From Patescibacteria group bacterium (GTDB lineage: Bacteria > Patescibacteriota > Minisyncoccia > Phycocordibacterales > BOKC01): a stretch of 64,000 nucleotides of DNA. The translations under genes and the position numbers were made by a program. The first letter of the stretch is position 1. Each line of letters starts with the position of its first letter. Of the stretch, positions 28,413 through 35,795 are shown one piece after another. The stretch spans positions 182,304 through 246,303 of the forward strand of contig JBBTWE010000001.1 of the NCBI GenBank assembly GCA_038062955.1. Reading direction: 5' to 3'. The notes beneath the pieces were generated by a model that did not search any database, was not told where the DNA came from, and was given only the letters and a program-made list of their open reading frames with translations.

Positions 28413-28688
28413 CTACTCCTGAAGTTTGTCCCTGATTGCATAGTGCCTCTCCCTCAAGAATACGTGGTGTTCGTTTTCGGTTTTGCCAGCCAAAAACGCA
28501 AGCTTTCGAAGTTCTGCCAGAGCAGCCTGTCGTCGTTCTTGCTGGCTTCTCGACCAGCTCGACACTCCTTGGTAGTTGCCCTCATTCACCCTCTTGCTTT
28601 CAGTCTCAATCTCGACAACTTGTCTGGCAAAATCATCAACAGCTGCGTTGTACCGGTCAAGCGGGCTTATGCTTTCTTCACTACACAT
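28413..28688 (-). CDS. hypothetical protein (GC-rich island G ORFan, 91 aa)
   Basis: GC-rich ORF; ribosome-binding site AAGGAccgctATG; downstream hairpin attaccgacgaag...cctcgtcggtaat plus T-rich tail. Confidence 0.45.
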   Translation of the reverse strand: MCSEESISPLDRYNAAVDDFARQVVEIETESKRVNEGNYQGVSSWSRSQQERRQAALAELRKLAFLAGKTENEHHVFLRERHYAIRDKLQE

Positions 28689-28777
28689 AGCGGTCCTTTT
28701 TGTTAGGGTGTCTAGAATGAACTAATCTAATCTCAAGATACACTTTTTTTGACTATTTCGCAATAATTGCCCACTAA

Positions 28778-29005
28778 TTATTTTCCTAACAGTTTCCCTA
28801 TCGTGTCCTTATTTTCCTGCGCAATTTCCATAATAGCTGTCATCTGATCTTTACCTGTCGCCATTTTTTGTTTGACACTTTCCGCCATTTTTGCGAAAAA
28901 TTCAGGATCTTTTTCCAAGATACCCATGACCTTTACTCGATCTGCTTCTGGTAAACTTTTGAGTTTAGATTTAATCAGCTGTTTCATTAAGAAATTTTTT
29001 ATCAT
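28778..29005 (-). CDS. hypothetical protein (75 aa, Lys/Glu-rich)
   Basis: ORF only, host-like composition. Confidence 0.35.
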   Translation of the reverse strand: MIKNFLMKQLIKSKLKSLPEADRVKVMGILEKDPEFFAKMAESVKQKMATGKDQMTAIMEIAQENKDTIGKLLGK

Positions 29006-29027
29006 GTTTGTTTTTTTTGATTTAATT

Positions 29028-29813
29028 TTAAAACTGATTACCAGTCTTTTGCTTTAAGTATGTGAGCGCTCCATAAATTCCATTCTCATCCCCCAATTCA
29101 GACATTTTGAGTTGAGGTAATGATGGCAGAATCGTATTTATCTCTCTTAAACGTTTTTCAATTTCCGATATTGGTATTGCGGGGCTCCCGGTTATCATTG
29201 ACCCTCCCAAGACCACAATGTCTGGCATCCAGTGAAGAATGGAATTATAAACTCCAACAGCTAAAATTGCGCCTAATTCTTTCCAAAGCTCTGGGTCATG
29301 AATTTCCTTCGGCGGTTTGTTATATTTTTTCTGCAGAGCCTCTCCAGAAGCTAGATTTTGTAAAGTTTCATTTTCTTTATAGGAAATAATTTGATGCCCT
29401 GGTTCAAATCCTTGCGTTTCTTCATCAATCTTGCTGTCTGCGATTCTTGCCCCTCCGATTCCAGTGCTTACTGTGATATACCCTACAATTTTTTCATTCT
29501 TCCCTGCACCATAGATCGCTTCGCCTAAAGCCCCCAAACTAGAGTCGTTTTGAATAAAAACTGGTCGATCAATTTTCTCTCTTATAATCAAAGAAGTCTC
29601 TTTTCCGCGGCTTTTGTCTAATGCGGCGGTGATTCCTCCAACAAATCCATCAATCTTGCTGCCAGAAATTTTTAATGCCGTTTCTACCAACAAATCTAGA
29701 GCAGATTTAAGGTTGTTTGGACTTTTTAAAATTTCCACCGGCGTAATATTTTTTTTATCCTCCGTTCCAGCCACTCGGAGCTTGGTTTTTCCTAGATCAA
29801 ATAAGATGTACAT
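29028..29813 (-). CDS. ROK-family sugar kinase (glucokinase-like)
   Basis: MYILFDLGKTKLRVA...ITVSTGIGGARI... ROK / actin-fold motifs. Confidence 0.75.
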   Translation of the reverse strand: MYILFDLGKTKLRVAGTEDKKNITPVEILKSPNNLKSALDLLVETALKISGSKIDGFVGGITAALDKSRGKETSLIIREKIDRPVFIQNDSSLGALGEAIYGAGKNEKIVGYITVSTGIGGARIADSKIDEETQGFEPGHQIISYKENETLQNLASGEALQKKYNKPPKEIHDPELWKELGAILAVGVYNSILHWMPDIVVLGGSMITGSPAIPISEIEKRLREINTILPSLPQLKMSELGDENGIYGALTYLKQKTGNQF

Positions 29814-29918
29814 TGTAGTAAATTCAAAATTTAAAAATCAAAAATCAAAATGACAATGCAAAGTTAAAAATTTCAACGCTCTTGTATTTAAAATTTTACA
29901 TTTTCATCTAAAAATACC

Positions 29919-30878
29919 CTATACTAATTTACGTTTGAATTCCTCAACTAATGGAACATCATTCGGCTCATGCCCGTAGGCCTTGGCAGTATAAAATGCG
30001 GTCCAATCGGCGAAGATGAGTGAATTGAAGATTTTTAACACTCGGGTTTCTCCCTCTAAATTTATTTTTTTCACAGCAACTCCCTTTTGACTTAAAACAT
30101 CCAATGTTACATTCATTCTTTTCTGAATTCTTTTATTATCTTCAGTGTCTAGAAACGCTATAACTAAAAATTTTTGGGACAAAGAGGCGCTTTTTTCATT
30201 ATGATCAAAACCTTCTAGTTCATTATGGTTAAGTTCTGGAAAGGTATTAAAAAAGGCTGGAATTTTCCCTGTCTCATTGAATTTAATTTTCCAATTATAA
30301 GCGATAATCTCATTTCTTTTGGAAGAATAAATAACAGGTATTTTGCCACTCAATTCTTTTTGAAGTTCTTTTCCCTTTTCTTCCAAAAGAACACTATTTA
30401 ACTTACCAGACAGAGACTGAAACTCTTGAGTTAACTTTTTTTGATTGAGTAGTCTAGATAAAGCTAAAATTGAATATCCCAAAGCGATTCTAGGTTGGAT
30501 TTTGACATCGGGCAATAAAACAAACGGCAATTTATTATCCTGGGCTAGTTTTAAAAGATTTCCTCCTTTGGTTACGACACCAAGCGGCCATTTTTTCTCT
30601 AAAACACACTTTGCAAAGTCTAAAGTTTCCTCTGTATTTCCAGAAAATGAACTTGCGATAAAAAGAGTGTCAGACGGATCAACCTCGTGTGGAAATCCAT
30701 AATCTTGGTGAACTATTATTGAGGTATTGGGCAGTAAATTTTTCAAAATATCCGCGGACAAGTGGGAACCACCCATTCCAGAAACCACATATCTTTTGTG
30801 ATTTCCAAGTTTTTCCAGATTCTCGATTTCTGGATTGAAATTAAACTGCGAAGCAATGTTTCTAATCGATTCTTCCAT
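29919..30878 (-). CDS. bifunctional phosphoglucose/phosphomannose isomerase (SIS-domain, archaeal-type PGI/PMI)
   Basis: RYVVSGMGGSHLSADIL motif. Confidence 0.75.
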   Translation of the reverse strand: MEESIRNIASQFNFNPEIENLEKLGNHKRYVVSGMGGSHLSADILKNLLPNTSIIVHQDYGFPHEVDPSDTLFIASSFSGNTEETLDFAKCVLEKKWPLGVVTKGGNLLKLAQDNKLPFVLLPDVKIQPRIALGYSILALSRLLNQKKLTQEFQSLSGKLNSVLLEEKGKELQKELSGKIPVIYSSKRNEIIAYNWKIKFNETGKIPAFFNTFPELNHNELEGFDHNEKSASLSQKFLVIAFLDTEDNKRIQKRMNVTLDVLSQKGVAVKKINLEGETRVLKIFNSLIFADWTAFYTAKAYGHEPNDVPLVEEFKRKLV

Positions 30879-31083
30879 ATATCAATAATAACATATTAGT
30901 GGATTCACGATGTAATATCTATGATTCAAGAAAAAGAAGCGTCACAAATTTTTCATGACTACGCCATGAAAAATCTTGCGACGTAATTTTTGTAGTGCAA
31001 AAATTAAAAGCGGGAACCCACGAATGTGGATTCCCGCTGGTTCTGACAGACGGATCTCTACTACTTCTCTCGAGGGCCTACGA

Positions 31084-31356
31084 TCAGGCCTGCTGGAGGA
31101 GTTCCAGCCGATCGAGTGGACGTTGGTTGAGCAACCCTTGGGCAACCTTCCTGATCGGTTGTCTCCTCTTCAGAGCATCCTTGATCCGACTCAACACTCT
31201 CGCGTCGAGGTGGTTCGCTCCACCGCTCTCGAGAATCATCTTCACGAGGCCCAACTCGGGATTGATTTCGCGAAGCTTCGGGGGCGGCTGTTCCTGCATC
31301 AGAGGGCGCATTGACCCTCTGCTTTCTCTGGGACGTGGACGATGACCGTGATTCAT
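31084..31356 (-). CDS. hypothetical protein (GC-rich island H, 90 aa)
   Basis: ribosome-binding site AGGAGAaacgcagg-ATG; strong intrinsic terminator gcgggaatccacattcgtgggttcccgc plus T-run on the minus strand (about 31005-31040). Confidence 0.55.
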   Translation of the reverse strand: MNHGHRPRPRESRGSMRPLMQEQPPPKLREINPELGLVKMILESGGANHLDARVLSRIKDALKRRQPIRKVAQGLLNQRPLDRLELLQQA

Positions 31357-31570
31357 CCTGCGTTTCTCCTACGAGGTTGAGAACTTTCTCTTGGCGTTGT
31401 TGCCTCGAGATCTGCGGTCAATCTTCTCATGGGGAGTTTTGTCTGTCAAAAAAGTTACGCACTTCTCCTTGACATAAAAATCCTAATATATTACACTGGT
31501 AGTCAGAAGAGTTGGCAAGGAGGCCAATTCTCGGTCATTTGTTTCCATGCGTTAGTTTGGAGAAACGGTC

Positions 31571-31795
31571 ATGAGAAAGCAACCGACAACAGAGGTGGAA
31601 ACCAGTCAGCGACCATTCGGGCGCGTACTGGGGGTTCGGATGGCGATGGATCGACTTCCTGAAGAGCCAGCTAGGCTGACTACCAGTTCCCCTGGTGGTC
31701 AGATCGCTCTGGTTCGCTCCACGAAGGTCAGGCGATGCGAAGAACAGGAGATCTCGCTCGCTCTTTGGCACGGAGGCATCACCTCTCGGTCGTGA
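31571..31795 (+). CDS. hypothetical protein (GC-rich island H, 74 aa)
   Basis: ribosome-binding site GGAGAaacggtc-ATG; TTGACA...TACACT promoter; terminator ccccagcatctacggatgctgggg plus T-run at about 31805-31845. Confidence 0.55.
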   Translation: MRKQPTTEVETSQRPFGRVLGVRMAMDRLPEEPARLTTSSPGGQIALVRSTKVRRCEEQEISLALWHGGITSRS

Positions 31796-31843
31796 CGTCT
31801 CGAACCCCAGCATCTACGGATGCTGGGGTTCTTATTTTATATA

Positions 31844-33196
31844 TTAATTTGGGAATTTACCTTTTTCGTATTTGATAAGTGGCAGTTTTGTCCAAATTTC
31901 GTGGATTTGATCAACAATGACCCATGAAGCCTCTACTTCTTCTTCCGAGACAAAAAGATCTTCATTTCCCTTAAAAACTTCCAGGAAAAGTTTTTCGTAC
32001 GATTCACTCGAGTGTCCTTGATACGTTTTTCCCTTGAGATTTATTACTTCCTTTTTATCGGTCTTATCAGTAAAAATTGCTTCTGGTTCCGGCTGGATTC
32101 TAAAGAGAATTTCTTTGATATCTGTTAAATGTTTTGATTCTAATTTGAAAGTTTCTGGTTTTTTAAAAATGACTTTCACTCCAACTTCATTTTTTGACAA
32201 TCCCTTCCCTCCAGCAACAGTGATTTTTACCCCTTCCCATTTTTTGTCTCCAAGTGCTACTGGAAATTTAAAAAAAGTTTCAGTTTCCGAATCGTTCTCT
32301 ACTCCTTTTTCTTTAAGATAACCGATATATTGGCCACGAACTATATCTTTAATGGCAACAGCCTCTAATTTGAGTGCGTTTTTTAAAATATCCGCTCGTC
32401 TTTTTTGAACATTTTTTTCCGCTCCGTTTTCTTGAAGCATATGAGAAAGGACAATCAGTGCGTGATTTTGTCCGACATCTCGTAGAGCGCCAAGTGAATC
32501 ATAAAATTCACCTCGACCCTCAATATCTTTCGTCTCAAAAAGAGTTATATCAATTGATTCAATATGTTCATTATTCCAAATTTTTCTTAAGTTTTCTTTT
32601 TCTGAAAGTGTTTTTGCCGCATGTAAAGTTTCTTTGGTGAGATAGTGGTCAATTTCGTAAATTTGATCCCTTGTTGCAATTTTATTTATCAAAGAATGAA
32701 TTTCTTTAGCTGTTTTGAGATCATGACCAATTGGTTTTTCGATAATAATTTTAGTTTTTCCCGTGCCGTCTGTGCATGAGAGGGTGAGTCCTGTTTTGTG
32801 CATATTTTGGAGAACTAATTCGTAAAATGCTGGCGAGACCGCAAGATGAAACAATTTATCAGAACAATTTCCAAATTTTTCGTCGATTTTTTGAAGCAAA
32901 TTTATTAGAGATTCGTAAGAGGTTGGATCATCAAACTTCCCTTCTGAATACTCAACTAAATTCAAAAAGTCTGTAATTTTTTCATCCCTGTCTTTAAAAT
33001 TTGGAACATTTTCAATGAGAAACTGTCTAAAATCAGAACTTTTAAAATTTCTTCGCGAAAAGCCCACTACTTTCATATTTTTAGGCAGTTTATCTTTTTT
33101 ATACAAACCAAAAAGTGCTGGGAAAAGTTTTTTTCGTGCAAGGTCTCCTGTCGCGCCTAAAATTATGATAGTAGTCGCCTTTTTTGAGTTATCCAT
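31844..33196 (-). CDS. zwf: glucose-6-phosphate 1-dehydrogenase
   Basis: IIILGATGDLARKKLFPALFGLY NAD(P)-binding motif; G6PD C-terminal domain. Confidence 0.9.
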   Translation of the reverse strand: MDNSKKATTIIILGATGDLARKKLFPALFGLYKKDKLPKNMKVVGFSRRNFKSSDFRQFLIENVPNFKDRDEKITDFLNLVEYSEGKFDDPTSYESLINLLQKIDEKFGNCSDKLFHLAVSPAFYELVLQNMHKTGLTLSCTDGTGKTKIIIEKPIGHDLKTAKEIHSLINKIATRDQIYEIDHYLTKETLHAAKTLSEKENLRKIWNNEHIESIDITLFETKDIEGRGEFYDSLGALRDVGQNHALIVLSHMLQENGAEKNVQKRRADILKNALKLEAVAIKDIVRGQYIGYLKEKGVENDSETETFFKFPVALGDKKWEGVKITVAGGKGLSKNEVGVKVIFKKPETFKLESKHLTDIKEILFRIQPEPEAIFTDKTDKKEVINLKGKTYQGHSSESYEKLFLEVFKGNEDLFVSEEEVEASWVIVDQIHEIWTKLPLIKYEKGKFPN

Positions 33197-33311
33197 GATG
33201 CTTCGATTTTACTACGCCCTCCTTAACTTTGCACGAAACATCCATCATTGCAAAAAATTATTTTTTGATTGATACTAATTCCAGAACTGCACAAACCAAA
33301 TAGGAGGAAAC

Positions 33312-33986
33312 TTGAAAAAGGCACGGCTTCTCGTGTTTGAGTCAGGTGGGGTAGCCCCAGAGATCGGCGGGTCAGAATTCGAAAACCTGGTTCATGCTTC
33401 ACGGAAAGGAGAATTGAACGCCGAGATCGTTGGAGTGGTATCGAACCATGCAAACGGCGGTGTGCGTGCGCGCGCTGGGAGATTGGAAGTTCCGTTCTTC
33501 CATTTTGCAAGTCCTTGGAATGCCACAAGATACCAAGAAGTTGCCATGCGAAGCGACGCGAATTTCTTCGCTCTTTCTGGATGGGACAAGTATGTGGTAG
33601 GTCTTGACCTCGACACTTGCTTCAGTTCGAAGACAGTGTTCAATATTCATCATGGCCCTCTACCGGATTCCGGTGGACAAGGAATGTATGGACATCGTGT
33701 TCACAGAAGAGTCATAGCAACATTTCGGCGAGGTGAGATAAGAGACACCGCTGTCACCATGCAATTCGTCACTGCCAATGGATACAATTGCGGTCCGGTT
33801 TTCTTTCGACACAGGATTCCGATCCTGGAGCGTGAGATGCCAGAAGCTTTGGCAAAACGTGTTGGTGAATGGGGGCATCGTCTCCAACCACAAGTTACCG
33901 ACTGGGTAGTGAACGGTCTCGTCAGATGGGACGGAGTGAATTGGGATTCTCTTCGGATTCCCGAAACCATTCGTTCTGGGTGCTGA
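33312..33986 (+). CDS. formyltransferase-domain protein (PurN/GAR-transformylase-like, divergent)
   Basis: AEIVGVVSNHAN..., FNIHHGPLP (matches NIHPSLLP with Asn/His), FVTANGYNCGPV region; GC-rich; plus-strand terminator gcgactcttaaacgggtcgc plus T7. Confidence 0.5.
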   Translation: MKKARLLVFESGGVAPEIGGSEFENLVHASRKGELNAEIVGVVSNHANGGVRARAGRLEVPFFHFASPWNATRYQEVAMRSDANFFALSGWDKYVVGLDLDTCFSSKTVFNIHHGPLPDSGGQGMYGHRVHRRVIATFRRGEIRDTAVTMQFVTANGYNCGPVFFRHRIPILEREMPEALAKRVGEWGHRLQPQVTDWVVNGLVRWDGVNWDSLRIPETIRSGC

Positions 33987-34040
33987 TCGGTCACAATTCG
34001 TACGAGCGACTCTTAAACGGGTCGCTTTTTTTATGTATAA

Positions 34041-34090
34041 AAAAATCGCGGGAAAATCTTGAAGATTCTCTACCGCGATTTGAACGAACT
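34041..34090. terminator. back-to-back terminators between the formyltransferase (+) and GNAT (-) genes; the minus-strand one is homologous to 34538-34590
   Basis: shared aaaaaa(t/c)cgcggga-N14-ctctaccgcgatttg framework with a variable loop. Confidence 0.55.
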
Positions 34091-34091
34091 C

Positions 34092-34439
34092 CTATGCTGA
34101 TTGTTTGAGGTTCATTCGGAACTCTTTACCGTATTCTTTGAAACCCAAATCGATATAGAGTCTGTGCACACTAACACGAATGCGTCGGCTTGTGGCGATC
34201 AGTTTGTAGCACCCCAAAGACCTCGCTTTTTCGATGAGTTTGACGACGAGAGAACTCCCAATGCTCTTTCCTCGCAAGTGCGGATCAACATACACATCTT
34301 CCATAAGTCCGAATGGTTCTTCGTGCAGATCGTTGCCCAAAACATAGAGAAATGCTCGAGCAACCTCTTTACCACCCCTTCTGACGCTAAACCTGAAACC
34401 TTGGCATCTGCGTTCGAGTGTGACTGCTACTTCGTCCAT
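34092..34439 (-). CDS. GNAT-family N-acetyltransferase
   Basis: VYVDPHLRGKSIGSSLVVKLIEKARSLGCYKLIA (acetyl-CoA binding motif A); convergent with the formyltransferase gene. Confidence 0.65.
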   Translation of the reverse strand: MDEVAVTLERRCQGFRFSVRRGGKEVARAFLYVLGNDLHEEPFGLMEDVYVDPHLRGKSIGSSLVVKLIEKARSLGCYKLIATSRRIRVSVHRLYIDLGFKEYGKEFRMNLKQSA

Positions 34440-34591
34440 TTTTGTTCTCCTTGTTAGTCCGGAACGAGTATATGCGGAAGAAAGTTAAAAATCAAACCCG
34501 CCAAAGTTTTTTCGAAGAAAAAATTTAGGCGGGTAAATAAAAAAACCGCGGGAGTGTCGTATGACCCTCTACCGCGATTTGCCATCCAACT

Positions 34592-34819
34592 TTAGCGCCA
34601 AGAGCTGATTACGATTGCCAATTGTGTAACTGCAAGAGCAGCCTCAAAGTTGTCTCGGTAATCTGCAAACCCTTCCAACATATCTCTAAGGAAATCCTGC
34701 TGTCCTTCGTAAAGAGACATATTGCCAGGAATACCAACCAGAAGGGCTTTGACAAGCCCAGCGGTTCTTGGTGTCGCTATTCTTTCTAGGTAGTCTCTCG
34801 CGTTTACTATATCTGCCAT
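34592..34819 (-). CDS. hypothetical protein (GC-rich island J, 75 aa)
   Basis: ribosome-binding site AAGGAcgacagATG; TTGACA promoter abutting a tRNA-derived repeat; terminator homologous to the one at 34041-34090. Confidence 0.45.
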   Translation of the reverse strand: MADIVNARDYLERIATPRTAGLVKALLVGIPGNMSLYEGQQDFLRDMLEGFADYRDNFEAALAVTQLAIVISSWR

Positions 34820-34920
34820 CTGTCGTCCTTGCGATGGTATGTCATCGTCATTGTTGCGTTTTCTAAGAAGATCAATCTACTTTTACGTTATCGTGGATTC
34901 TTTAGCTTGTCAAAATTTGG

Positions 34921-34937
34921 TGGACCATAGCGGGATC
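34921..34937. repeat. 17-bp exact direct repeat of the tRNA-Ala(GGC) 3' end (tggaccatagcgggatc; second copy inside the tRNA at 35055-35071); att-like
   Basis: exact 17/17 match 117 bp from the tRNA 3' end; a further inverted partial T-arm copy ttcgatcccgctacgg lies at 35002-35017. Confidence 0.7.
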
Positions 34938-35054
34938 TCCACCTACCGTGGCGGGTGGTTTTCGATTTCGTAAACTCAATAACGAAAACCCTTTCGATCC
35001 CGCTACGGAGTGAAGCAGTTCACTCCTCCGGTTCCTAACTCACTGCGTTCGTTG

Positions 35055-35127
35055 TGGACCATAGCGGGATCGAACCGCTCACCTCGCACATGCCATGCGC
35101 GCGCTCTACCAAATGAGCTAATGGCCC
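35055..35127 (-). tRNA. tRNA-Ala (anticodon GGC)
   Basis: revcomp is GGGCCATTAGCTCATTTGGTAGAGCGCGCGCATGGCATGTGCGAGGTGAGCGGTTCGATCCCGCTATGGTCCA: cloverleaf with G3:U70, anticodon loop AUGGCAU, T-loop GGTTCGATCC; CCA is not encoded. Confidence 0.9.
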
Positions 35128-35142
35128 TTTAAATTTATGATT

Positions 35143-35162
35143 CCTGCCTGCCGGCAGGCAGG
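35143..35162. repeat. perfect GC palindrome cctgcctgccggcaggcagg, second copy
   Basis: identical to 3999-4019. Confidence 0.7.
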
Positions 35163-35179
35163 TTGAATCTAATTCCTAA

Positions 35180-35629
35180 CTAAAGACCAATTTTTTCCAT
35201 CCTTCTCTCTTTCTTTTTTTGATCCTCTTTTAGCTTTTTGATACCGTCACGAATGTTGAGTCCAGTATTTATTCCTCGCAACAATCTTACTAGGCGAGTA
35301 AATCGTAGAATACGGAGCACTCGGAAAAAACCGTCGGAGAATGGAAGTGATCCGAGAAAATCGAGTAAATTTTCCGGAATGTATTTTAGTCCTCGACCAG
35401 AAAAAAACATACTCACTAAAAAATCAGTTAAGAAGATATAAGCGATAGCTAAATCCAGATTATATAATAAATCAATGGTGAGCGGGCTTAAATCTTTCCC
35501 AAAATAATCATAAAGAAACATAAATCCCGAGGCAAAAGCCAGGATCGCTATTACGATGATATACCAAAGCCTGTTTTGGATGGAAGTGCATATATCCCCC
35601 ATCCTGTCTTTAAAACTTTTAGATTTCAT
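35180..35629 (-). CDS. ion-transport-domain fragment protein (voltage-sensor S3/S4-like helices)
   Basis: FRVLRILRFTRLVRLLRGINTGLN (Arg at every third position, S4-like) preceded by TM helices; 149 aa. Confidence 0.45.
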   Translation of the reverse strand: MKSKSFKDRMGDICTSIQNRLWYIIVIAILAFASGFMFLYDYFGKDLSPLTIDLLYNLDLAIAYIFLTDFLVSMFFSGRGLKYIPENLLDFLGSLPFSDGFFRVLRILRFTRLVRLLRGINTGLNIRDGIKKLKEDQKKKERRMEKIGL

Positions 35630-35795
35630 TCATATATTCTAACTTAAAACCTAAGAAAATCTCAAATTTATAGTAGAATAGAAGAATACCTGTCCCGTTA
35701 GAAGCCGTGGTTACTGATCAAAAAGTAAAGACAAAGAATAAAATGAGTCGAACTATTTATAAATATTATTCTAGCAAGAGCGCCTTAACCGCGAC

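Noticed and set aside
33312-33986. Calling the formyltransferase-like gene a genuine purN
   Set aside because: The catalytic Asp position aligns to Asn/Gly, and the gene sits in a foreign-composition islet next to a GNAT. Safer as a generic formyltransferase-domain protein.
34938-35054. Second tRNA or pseudo-tRNA between the 17-bp repeats
   Set aside because: It contains T-arm-like fragments (gagatcccgctatggtcca; ttcgatcccgctacgg in inverted orientation) but no complete cloverleaf. Interpreted as att-site debris.
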